A DNA stretch of 64,000 nucleotides. Origin: Verrucomicrobiia bacterium. GTDB lineage: Bacteria > Verrucomicrobiota > Verrucomicrobiia > CAIQCK01. Of this stretch, positions 56,655-64,000 are shown one piece after another (positions within the stretch are counted from its first letter, which is position 1; every line of letters starts with the position of its first letter). The notes under the pieces were generated by a model. The model did not search any database, was not told where the DNA came from, and worked only from the letters and a program-made list of their open reading frames with translations. The translations under genes were made by a program, and so were the position numbers. The stretch covers positions 83,263-147,262 of the forward strand of contig JBAYFL010000015.1 of the NCBI GenBank assembly GCA_041667205.1, written 5' to 3'.

Positions 56655-57959
56655 CTACGGCGCCGGCACCAGAGCGGGCGTGATTTTCTTCAGCAGCACC
56701 TTCGAGTGCCGGCCGCTGTGGTCGTAGCGTTGCCGCCGATCCGGGGGCAAATCGTCGGGCGTGCCTTCCGCATAGCCAAACTTCTGGAAATACGCGAACG
56801 CTTGCGTGGAAAGGGCGAACAACTCGGCTGCGCCCAGTTCGGCGGCGCGAGCTTCAACATAGGTCGCCAGTTTCCGGCCGATGCCCAGGTTCTCATGGCC
56901 GGGATTGACGAAGAGGCACGCCAACTCGGCCTTCTTCTGCTCCGGATAAGAATGACACGCGACGCAGCCGACGACGTTCTTGTCTATTTCATAGACGTAG
57001 AAATCGGCCAGTTCCTTCTCCAGCGTCGCGCGGGTCCGCTTCACCAGTTCCTCGTTCTGGACGCCGAGCTTGATCAGTTGCTGCAACGCGCGCAGATCCT
57101 TCTTCACTGCCTTGCGGATCTGCCGATACTCGGAGGCATAGACCAGCGTGCCGATGCCTTCGTTGCTGAAAACCTCGGCCAGGATCGCTTCGTCCACGTG
57201 GCCGTTGATGACGTGCACCCGTTCGATGCCTTGCGCGCACGCCTTGACGGCATATTCAGCCTTGCTGATTTGCTCCGGCGGAAACCAGTCGCGATGCTGC
57301 TTGAGCGTCGCCGCCAGTTCGGTGGCCAGCACTTGCAACGTCAGGAGGCCGTTGACGACAAGGCCGTCGTTCGGCGTCAGGAAAATAATCTTCACCGCTT
57401 TCAGCGCCTCGGCGATTTCAACGGCCACTTGATCCGAGTTCACCCGGAACGTGTGTCCCTCGCCGTCAAATCCGAGTGGCGGAATCACCGGGATCACGCC
57501 TTTGTCGAGAAGCGTCGTCAGTAACTCCGTGTCCACCCGCTCGATCTTGCCGGTGTAGAGATGGTCCACGCCCTGCAGAATACCGAGCGGATGCGCGATG
57601 CAGGCGTTGGTGACGGCGGCCCGCAGGTCGTTGGCGCTCAGCCCTTCCAAGACCTCGTGGGACAGCCTCGACGCGACGGCAATGGCCATCTTCAGCGTGT
57701 CGGCGTCGGTCACGCCGGTGCCGTAGGCGTTGCTGATCTTCACGCCGGTTTGCTCCGCCATCTCGAGAATCTGATGACTTGCACCGTGGACGATTACGAC
57801 TTTGATGTTAAGCGACCGCAACACCGCCACGTCCCGCAGCAGATTGGGGAAAACCTCATCGCTGACAAGATGTCCGTCCACGGCCAGGACGAACACCTTG
57901 TCACGAAACTGCGGGATGTAACGCAGCATCCCGCGCAAGTCTATGGATTTTGCGCTCAC
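56655..57959 (-). CDS. argA: Amino-acid N-acetyltransferase (N-acetylglutamate synthase; amino-acid kinase domain plus GNAT)
   Basis: The N-terminal FRDKVFVLAVDGHL...VVIVHGASHQI and the C-terminal GNAT block align with E. coli ArgA along the full length. Confidence 0.8.
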   Translation of the reverse strand: MSAKSIDLRGMLRYIPQFRDKVFVLAVDGHLVSDEVFPNLLRDVAVLRSLNIKVVIVHGASHQILEMAEQTGVKISNAYGTGVTDADTLKMAIAVASRLSHEVLEGLSANDLRAAVTNACIAHPLGILQGVDHLYTGKIERVDTELLTTLLDKGVIPVIPPLGFDGEGHTFRVNSDQVAVEIAEALKAVKIIFLTPNDGLVVNGLLTLQVLATELAATLKQHRDWFPPEQISKAEYAVKACAQGIERVHVINGHVDEAILAEVFSNEGIGTLVYASEYRQIRKAVKKDLRALQQLIKLGVQNEELVKRTRATLEKELADFYVYEIDKNVVGCVACHSYPEQKKAELACLFVNPGHENLGIGRKLATYVEARAAELGAAELFALSTQAFAYFQKFGYAEGTPDDLPPDRRQRYDHSGRHSKVLLKKITPALVPAP

Positions 57960-58072
57960 GGCTTATTCCAACTGGCGCGGATACTATCACAGCGCGCCCG
58001 CGACGCAACAACATCGCGCGCGGCAGGCTTGCACCGCCCGAAGCGCGCGACTATCGTTCGCTCCACCTAAAA

Positions 58073-61000
58073 ATGAAAAACCGTTTGAGGCTGACGGCCG
58101 TCGCGATCGCGGCCGGACTTCACTTTCTGACTGGCTCTGCAAGCGCCGCGTCGTTGCGTGTCGTTGTGGACGCGATGCCGCCGGGCGACCTGCCGGTGGA
58201 AATCTCCGGCGAACTCACCGCCATGTTGGCGACCGGCGACGCCGCGTCCGCCACCAACCTCCAATTCATCGTCAGCGGCCCGCGTCGGCGTTGTGTGAGC
58301 CAGGCGCTGGCCGGCACGAATGGCACAAGCCGGCTCCTGTGGCGGCCGCAAGGCGCAGGCAAGTATGAAATCACCGCCCGCCCGGCGACAGATGAGCCGT
58401 CTGAGCCGGGCAAAGGCAACGCGCTCATGGCCCGCGTCGAGCGCGACACCATCCATATTAATAATGGTGTTTTCACTGCCGCGCACACGCCAACTCTTGC
58501 CGCCGGGTTTCCGACGGCGATCACCGTGGCCGGCACAAAGGCGGCGTTGCCGATAGACTACGCCGACCGGCTCTACCAGGCGGACGTCGGCCAGTTCTCG
58601 CTCGCCATCAATCCAAAGCCCGCGCTGCGACTGATCGCCAACGGCCCGTTGTTCGCCACCGTCGAAGTCAGCAGCGGCTACTACCGGGCCGAAGCCAGCC
58701 AGCTTGTGCAGCACGAGTCGCTGCCGTTGGCGCGGTATCGCTTCACGTATTTTCGCAACTCGCCGTTCGTGCAGGTGAACGTCGTCGTCTCGCAGAGCCG
58801 CGAGTTTGCCTGGAAGGAGTTGCACATCCTGGAACTGCGCGCGCAGGCCGCCAGCATCGCCCCGCCGGCCGACGAAGCTCCAGCCGTCACCACGCCGCGC
58901 GCGAAAAGCTGGGCCGGCGGTGAGCCGTCCACTGAAAGCATGCTGGCGCGCAACAATCAGACGTTCCAGTTCAACCACTGGGCCGCGCTCTACTTCGACA
59001 ACGGCGTCATCGCCGTGATGAACCCGCATGCGACCAGTAACGGCAGCAAGCAGACGCGCATCCACGACGGCGGCAATTTGCTCTACGTGATGGGGCCGTG
59101 GGTGGAATTCGCCACGCCGCGCGTGGAGTTCGACCGTTATCTCTACATCGGCCCGCGCAACGTGCCGCGGCAGGCACTCGATGAACTCGCCGCGCAGGCG
59201 GACCGCCAGAAGCAGCTCCGCGTGGAATCACCGGAACTGGAAACGCAGGCGCGTTCGCTGCGCAAGGCTCTCGCCACCGCGCTGCCCGGTCTCGGCAACC
59301 GCACGCCGCGCGCGGTGCAATTCTGGCGGCTCAATCACGCCCTCGCCGACCTGCATTCACTTCAGCGTGTCGCCGCCGCGCGTAGCGTCATCGTCCAGCC
59401 GCCGCTGAAGCGGACGTTGCCGCGCGAAACGCCGCCGGCGGTGGAGCTGATTTCGCTCGGCGATGGCCGCGACGCCGTAGTGACGGACCAATTGCTGCTG
59501 GTGCTCGATACAAAGGGACGGCTGACGAGCTTCTACCAGGCGTTGACCGACACGGAACTGCTGTCGCGACCCTGCTCCATGTTCCGGTTCACCGCGCGCA
59601 ACCCGCTCGGCGTCGAAGCTACGCTGACGGCGAACGAAACGGAGCGCGCATCGGCGGATTTCAACAACGGCGAGTTGCGCCTGCGCTATACCGGCAGTTT
59701 CTTCGGCACGATCCCAGCGCACGTGGACCTCGTGTTGCGTCCCGATGGGCCGAGCATCCACTGGCGCGCGGAAGCCGCAGTGGACGGCGACGGCGCGGCG
59801 GCATGGCGGCTGGACTTCCCCGTGCTCGACGGCGTGGGTCGGCTCGAAGGCGACGACGGCGAGGACACGGTGATCGTGCCGGACGGCTGGGGCCGCTTGT
59901 TGCCGCGGCCGAGCGTGGCGCGCTATCAATCTCGCTATCCCGGCGGCGGCGCGACGATGCAGTTTGTCGGCTACGCGCGCGGCGAGACGACGCTCGGCGT
60001 CATCGCGCGCGACGGGCGCTGCTTCGCGAAAGACTTCGTCGCGCTCGGCAACGAAGAAACGCGCACGGTGTCGCTGGAGGCGCGGCATTATCCGGGCGAC
60101 ATGGGCTTCACACGCGGCTGCAACTGGCCCTACGAGGTGGAGACGGTGGCGCTGGCCGGCGATTGGTTTGCGCTGGCGGAGCATTACCGCGCGTGGGCGA
60201 CGCGGCAGGCGTGGTGCGAAGGCGGCAAGAATCGCCGCCGGCCGGATTCGCCCGACTGGTTCCGCAAGCTCGTCTGGTGGCACGAAGATGGCACGCGCGA
60301 CGGCGCAAAACTCACCGACACGTTCGACCACCTCCGCAAGACCGTGCCATTCCCGCTCGCGTTCCACTGGTATAACTGGCACTCGATCCCGTTCGATAAT
60401 TTCTATCCCGACTACTTCCCGGTGAACGACTACGTGCCGGCCGTGCGCGCGAAGATGCGTGAATGGGGCGTGCGCGTGATGCCTTACATCAACGGCCACC
60501 TCTGGGACACGCAGGCCAAGAGCTACGCTGAGGAAGGCGCGGTGCGTTGGGCGATGAAGAAGTTCGACGGCTCGAACTACATCGAACACTGGAACAAGCA
60601 CGATCACTCGACGGCGTGCCCGTTCACCGACGCCTGGCGCGACAAGATGGTGCGCGTCACCGACCGGCTTTTCCGCGATGTCGGCGTGGACGCGGTTTAT
60701 CTCGACCAGATCGGCGCGGCGGCGGCGCAACTATGTTACGACGGCTCGCACGGCCACGCGCGCGGCGGCGGCGATTACTACGTCGCCGGTTACTGGAAGC
60801 TGTTGCAAGCCGTGCGCGCGAACGCCCGCGGCCTGAATCCCAACGCCGCGCTCACGACCGAGGACACCGCCGAACCTTACATCCGCTACCTCGACGGCAT
60901 GTTGATGTGCAACCGCGCGCTGCCCGACAGCATCCCGTTCTTCCCGGCGGTATATCACGACTACGTCGCGCAGTTTGGCCTCTACATTTATGAGCCGGAG

Positions 61001-61513
61001 ATCAAGGCGGGCGTCACGTTCCGCTCGAAGGAGGCGATGCTGTTCCAGTTCGGCGGCCAGCTCGGCTGGAACGGCACAAACTGGAGCGACGCGCCGGAGC
61101 ATCGGGAGAAATTCGCGTGGCTCGCCAAACTTGCCGCGTTCCGCCAAGCCGGCCTCGACTGGCTCGGCTACGGCGACATGCTGCGGCCACCGCGCGTGAC
61201 GATGATGAGGAACGGCGCGCCGGTGCCGCGCATCGCGGAGCGTTGGACCATCTACAAAAGCGAGATCGCCACCGAGCAGCCAGCCGTTACCGCCAGCGCA
61301 TGGCAGGCCAGCGATGGCCGCGTCGCCGTCTTTGTCATCAACGTCTCCGACAAATCGCTTAACGTCGGCGTGCAGTTGCCGGCGGAGGCGAAGGGTCGGA
61401 AGGTCAAGGAACTGGACGCGTCCGGCAAGGAAACTGGCGGCGCTGACATTTTCAACCGTCAACTCCGCCTCGACCTGGCGCCAATGAGTGTGCGGATGTT
61501 CGTGGCGATGTAA
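58073..61513 (+). CDS. Large (1146 aa) exported hypothetical protein with C-terminal TIM-barrel glycoside-hydrolase-like region
   Basis: Signal peptide MKNRLRLTAVAIAAGLHFLTGSASA. The C-terminal AFHWYNWHSIPFDNFYPDYFP...YINGHLWD...VYLDQIG pattern suggests a GH-like (beta/alpha)8 domain. Family uncertain. Confidence 0.45.
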   Translation: MKNRLRLTAVAIAAGLHFLTGSASAASLRVVVDAMPPGDLPVEISGELTAMLATGDAASATNLQFIVSGPRRRCVSQALAGTNGTSRLLWRPQGAGKYEITARPATDEPSEPGKGNALMARVERDTIHINNGVFTAAHTPTLAAGFPTAITVAGTKAALPIDYADRLYQADVGQFSLAINPKPALRLIANGPLFATVEVSSGYYRAEASQLVQHESLPLARYRFTYFRNSPFVQVNVVVSQSREFAWKELHILELRAQAASIAPPADEAPAVTTPRAKSWAGGEPSTESMLARNNQTFQFNHWAALYFDNGVIAVMNPHATSNGSKQTRIHDGGNLLYVMGPWVEFATPRVEFDRYLYIGPRNVPRQALDELAAQADRQKQLRVESPELETQARSLRKALATALPGLGNRTPRAVQFWRLNHALADLHSLQRVAAARSVIVQPPLKRTLPRETPPAVELISLGDGRDAVVTDQLLLVLDTKGRLTSFYQALTDTELLSRPCSMFRFTARNPLGVEATLTANETERASADFNNGELRLRYTGSFFGTIPAHVDLVLRPDGPSIHWRAEAAVDGDGAAAWRLDFPVLDGVGRLEGDDGEDTVIVPDGWGRLLPRPSVARYQSRYPGGGATMQFVGYARGETTLGVIARDGRCFAKDFVALGNEETRTVSLEARHYPGDMGFTRGCNWPYEVETVALAGDWFALAEHYRAWATRQAWCEGGKNRRRPDSPDWFRKLVWWHEDGTRDGAKLTDTFDHLRKTVPFPLAFHWYNWHSIPFDNFYPDYFPVNDYVPAVRAKMREWGVRVMPYINGHLWDTQAKSYAEEGAVRWAMKKFDGSNYIEHWNKHDHSTACPFTDAWRDKMVRVTDRLFRDVGVDAVYLDQIGAAAAQLCYDGSHGHARGGGDYYVAGYWKLLQAVRANARGLNPNAALTTEDTAEPYIRYLDGMLMCNRALPDSIPFFPAVYHDYVAQFGLYIYEPEIKAGVTFRSKEAMLFQFGGQLGWNGTNWSDAPEHREKFAWLAKLAAFRQAGLDWLGYGDMLRPPRVTMMRNGAPVPRIAERWTIYKSEIATEQPAVTASAWQASDGRVAVFVINVSDKSLNVGVQLPAEAKGRKVKELDASGKETGGADIFNRQLRLDLAPMSVRMFVAM

Positions 61514-61545
61514 GCGAAGGCCGGAAGCCTGCGGGACCGCCCGCG

Positions 61546-61998
61546 CTACTTCTTCCGCAACTGGAGCGTGATTTGTTTCCGGCCCATTTCGTCGCCGGCT
61601 TCGCTGAAGGTTTCGATCTCCGGGTCGTTGGCGTAGAAGCGATGGATGACGCGCCGCTCGTAAGGGCTTAACGGCTCGAGATGGATGGGATCGCCCCAAC
61701 GCCGGACACGGTCGGCCTGCTCCTGCGTGTGCTTGATGAGCAAGTCGCGCGCGCGCTCACGATAACGGCACACGTCCACGATGACGTGCGGCGCTTCCAA
61801 GTTCTGCTTGCGCAGCATCCGGTTCAGCAAGAACTGGAGATGGCTGAGGGTCTGGCCTTGTTTGCCGATGAGCCGGCCGCCCTCGGTGGATTCGATGTGC
61901 AACAGAAGGCCTTCTTCAGTTTGGAACTGGTCCACCTTGCCTTCGAAGCCCATCAGACGGATCAACTCGCTCAACATCTGTTTCGGATCGTTCGCCAT
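61546..61998 (-). CDS. jag: Jag/KhpB-type RNA-binding protein (KH plus R3H domains)
   Basis: The KH-like N-terminus, the R3H block PLSPYERRVIHRFY and its position directly downstream of yidC. Confidence 0.8.
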   Translation of the reverse strand: MANDPKQMLSELIRLMGFEGKVDQFQTEEGLLLHIESTEGGRLIGKQGQTLSHLQFLLNRMLRKQNLEAPHVIVDVCRYRERARDLLIKHTQEQADRVRRWGDPIHLEPLSPYERRVIHRFYANDPEIETFSEAGDEMGRKQITLQLRKK

Positions 61999-62002
61999 AA
62001 GA

Positions 62003-63751
62003 TCACCGTCGGATCGGCGCAGGAATCGCGCCGGGTTTCTTCGTGTCGCGCAGCGCCAACCATTGTTGGAGGATGCTGAGCAGGTTCTGCACGGTCCAGT
62101 AGAGCACCAAGCCGCTCGACATGCTGTAGAACATGAACACGAACATCAACGGCATCAGCATCATCATCTTCTGCTGTGTCGGGTCGGCGGAAGTGGTCGG
62201 CGTCAGCTTCTGCTGCCAGAGCGTCGTGGCGCACATCACCAGCGGCAGCGGATTGACCGGCAGCGAACCGATGGTGAAAATTGTGTCGGGCAGGCTAAGG
62301 TCGTTGATCCAGAGGAACTTCGCGCCACGCAATTCGATGACGGTCCGCAACATGTTATAGAGGGCGATGAAGACCGGTATCTGCGCCACCAACGGCAGAC
62401 AGCCACCCATCGGGTTGACCTTGTGCTCCTTGTAGAGCTTCATCATCTCCTGCTGCTGCTTCTGCGGCTCGTCGGGATATTTTTCCTTGAGCTTGGCGAT
62501 CAGCGGCTGCAACTCCTGCATCCGCTTCATCGAGCGCGTGCTCATGGCCTGGATCGGCCAGAACAGGAGCTTGATAACGATGGTGATGATGATGATGGCG
62601 ATGCCGTAGTTGGGAATGACCTTGTAGATGGAGTTGAGGCTCCAGAGCAAAACTTCGGCGATGCGGCCGAACCAACCAAACTCCATCACTTCCTCCTGCT
62701 TGTTGCCGAGCGAGGCAAGCCGATTGTATTCTTTCGGCCCGGCGTAAAGCTGGAACTCGCGCGTCACGGAAGCGCCTGCGTCCACCTTCACGCTGCCCAT
62801 CAACAGCCACGCGTGCGCGCCGACCGGCGCCGTGCTGGCCGCTGGCGTGAGCGAGCGTGGCAGTTCCACCTTCTGCGCGTGAAATCCGCCGGCCGGGTCC
62901 TTGGGCGTCAGCACCAACGCGAAGTAGCGGTTCTTTACTGCCGCCCATTTGGCGCCGGCAGGCGCGAACACGTCCTCTTTCAGCATCGAGCTGGCGGGCG
63001 TGTAGGTGGCCTTCGCGCGGCCCGTGTAGCTGACGCCGCCTTCCCAATGGTCGGCGTTGACGTAGGTGGCGTCGTCCTGCTCGTCTAGTTGCGCGGCGGT
63101 GCCGACTGCCACGCCAAACGCCGGCGTTTCGACCGCCTGCTTGTTGAGGTTCTCGGTTCGCACCCGGCACGTGAGCGTGTAGTCGTCGCCCAGTGCGAAT
63201 TCCTTGACGATCCGCAGCCCACCCGACGCGTCGCTCGTGAACACTGCACGATCCCGCGTGCTCTCCGTCAGCGTGTAAACGGCGTTGCTGTCCGCGCCCG
63301 GCCACGCGAGCACCGAAACCACGCCGTTGGTGTCTTTCGTCGAGCCACCCGTCAGCGCAAAAACCGGCTCCGATGCGAAACGGTTCAGTGTCACCGGCGC
63401 CTGGTTCGTGCTGCTGACCTTCCACTCCTTCAACAACACGTCGCGGATGCCGCCGCCGTAGGTGGTCAGCTCCGCGCGCAGCAGCTTGTTCTCCAATGTG
63501 ACGGTCTTCTCCGGCGCCTTCGGCGCGGACGGAGTGACCGGTGCCGCAACGACCTCCAGCGCAGGCTTCGCCGGCGCAGCTTTCATCTCCAGCGGTGGCG
63601 CGGAACGCGTGACGACATTAGTGAGCAACCCTGCCTTTGCCGCGGGGCCTTTGCCTGGCGGCGGCGCTGGCCAGAAATGACTCACCGCCGCCTGCCATCC
63701 GAAGACGACGGCGAAACAGATGACGACGATGACTAAACCTCTCTTGTCCAT
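62003..63751 (-). CDS. yidC: Membrane protein insertase YidC
   Basis: Large periplasmic N-domain. The conserved C-terminal core includes MGGCLPLVAQIPVFIALYNMLR and a basic C-terminal tail. Confidence 0.85.
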   Translation of the reverse strand: MDKRGLVIVVICFAVVFGWQAAVSHFWPAPPPGKGPAAKAGLLTNVVTRSAPPLEMKAAPAKPALEVVAAPVTPSAPKAPEKTVTLENKLLRAELTTYGGGIRDVLLKEWKVSSTNQAPVTLNRFASEPVFALTGGSTKDTNGVVSVLAWPGADSNAVYTLTESTRDRAVFTSDASGGLRIVKEFALGDDYTLTCRVRTENLNKQAVETPAFGVAVGTAAQLDEQDDATYVNADHWEGGVSYTGRAKATYTPASSMLKEDVFAPAGAKWAAVKNRYFALVLTPKDPAGGFHAQKVELPRSLTPAASTAPVGAHAWLLMGSVKVDAGASVTREFQLYAGPKEYNRLASLGNKQEEVMEFGWFGRIAEVLLWSLNSIYKVIPNYGIAIIIITIVIKLLFWPIQAMSTRSMKRMQELQPLIAKLKEKYPDEPQKQQQEMMKLYKEHKVNPMGGCLPLVAQIPVFIALYNMLRTVIELRGAKFLWINDLSLPDTIFTIGSLPVNPLPLVMCATTLWQQKLTPTTSADPTQQKMMMLMPLMFVFMFYSMSSGLVLYWTVQNLLSILQQWLALRDTKKPGAIPAPIRR

Positions 63752-64000
63752 TTAACCTCGCGATAAACGACCGTGGAATTTGTGACTCGTGACCGCTAAC
63801 TCGTGGTTCGTGGTCCGTGTTTCGCCGGAAGCCGGCACCGGATCGTAGCCGTGGCCGCCCCACGGTTGGCAACGCGCCAACCGCCGTGCCGCGAGCCACA
63901 GCCCGCGCCACGCGCCGTGCGCCCGCAACGCCTCCATGGCATACTGAGAGCAGGTCGGTGTGAAACGGCAGCCCGACGCCGCCGGCAGCAGCGTATGCAA
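63752..64000 (-). CDS. yidD: Membrane protein insertion efficiency factor YidD (N-terminus beyond the window edge)
   Basis: [15 protein letters not shown]...[17 protein letters not shown] is the YidD signature. The stop abuts the yidC start. Confidence 0.75.
   Translation of the reverse strand: MHTLLPAASGCRFTPTCSQYAMEALRAHGAWRGLWLAARRLARCQPWGGHGYDPVPASGETRTTNHELAVTSHKFHGRLSRG

Noticed and set aside
61514-61545. Short GC hairpin (GCGGG-ACC-GCCCGC) between the convergent large exported gene and jag as a bidirectional terminator
   Set aside because: It has only a 5-bp stem and no flanking T-tract on either strand, which is too weak to call.
1-64000. CRISPR arrays, cas genes, restriction-modification, toxin-antitoxin or reverse-transcriptase systems
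   Set aside because: No regularly spaced direct repeats with unique spacers were found. The only tandem arrays are the 13-bp and 7-bp microsatellite-like repeats. No YxDD RT motifs, no methyltransferase or endonuclease motifs, and no small paired ORFs with TA-like features were recognised.

Overview
This is a 64-kb, visibly GC-rich chromosomal window. Nearly every frame is open, so many listed ORFs are antisense artefacts that I ignored. The gene content looks like a polysaccharide-degrading heterotroph of the PVC superphylum (Planctomycetota/Verrucomicrobiota-like): sulfatases with C[ST]PSR motifs, FGE-domain and PPC-domain proteins, a TIGR03067-like small protein, Tat-exported Gfo/Idh/MocA, a DUF1080 3-keto-disaccharide hydrolase, and many large exported CAZyme-like proteins. 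The taxonomic call is inference from gene content only. Left to right: a 5'-truncated TonB-dependent receptor, then PHP, MFS, MBL-fold, a GH16-GH43-like fusion hydrolase and a YgjP/M48 peptidase; a PPC-domain exported protein, a carbon-nitrogen hydrolase convergent with a GNAT; a 13-bp tandem repeat array next to a decayed sulfatase pseudogene; gmhA and a class V aminotransferase; an M14-like peptidase, DUF1080, a low-GC membrane-protein gene, an FGE paralog, large exported CBM/GH proteins, and a frameshifted phosphofructokinase. Next comes a tRNA-Cys(GCA) with a diverged partial 3' copy bracketing a 1.15-kb low-GC islet (Sel1-repeat gene), followed by a Pat-type acetyltransferase and a cluster of Tat-exported DegT aminotransferase, Tat aldo/keto reductase and tetraheme cytochrome c. 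Then a homocysteine methyltransferase, a CPBP protease, two GT-C-like membrane proteins (one carrying a heptanucleotide repeat), and a sulfated-glycan utilisation locus (two sulfatases, a beta-helix enzyme, Tat-Gfo/Idh/MocA, class I xylA divergent from an AraC regulator, a Tat protein with a His/Cys-rich N-terminus, an aquaporin and an ASRT-family protein). The window ends with argA, a 1146-aa exported protein and the conserved jag-yidC-yidD cluster. No CRISPR array, integrase, transposase or obvious defence system was seen. The most unusual signals are the tRNA-flanked islet, the low-GC insert, the in-CDS heptanucleotide repeats and the Tat-exported PLP/AKR/cytochrome cluster.
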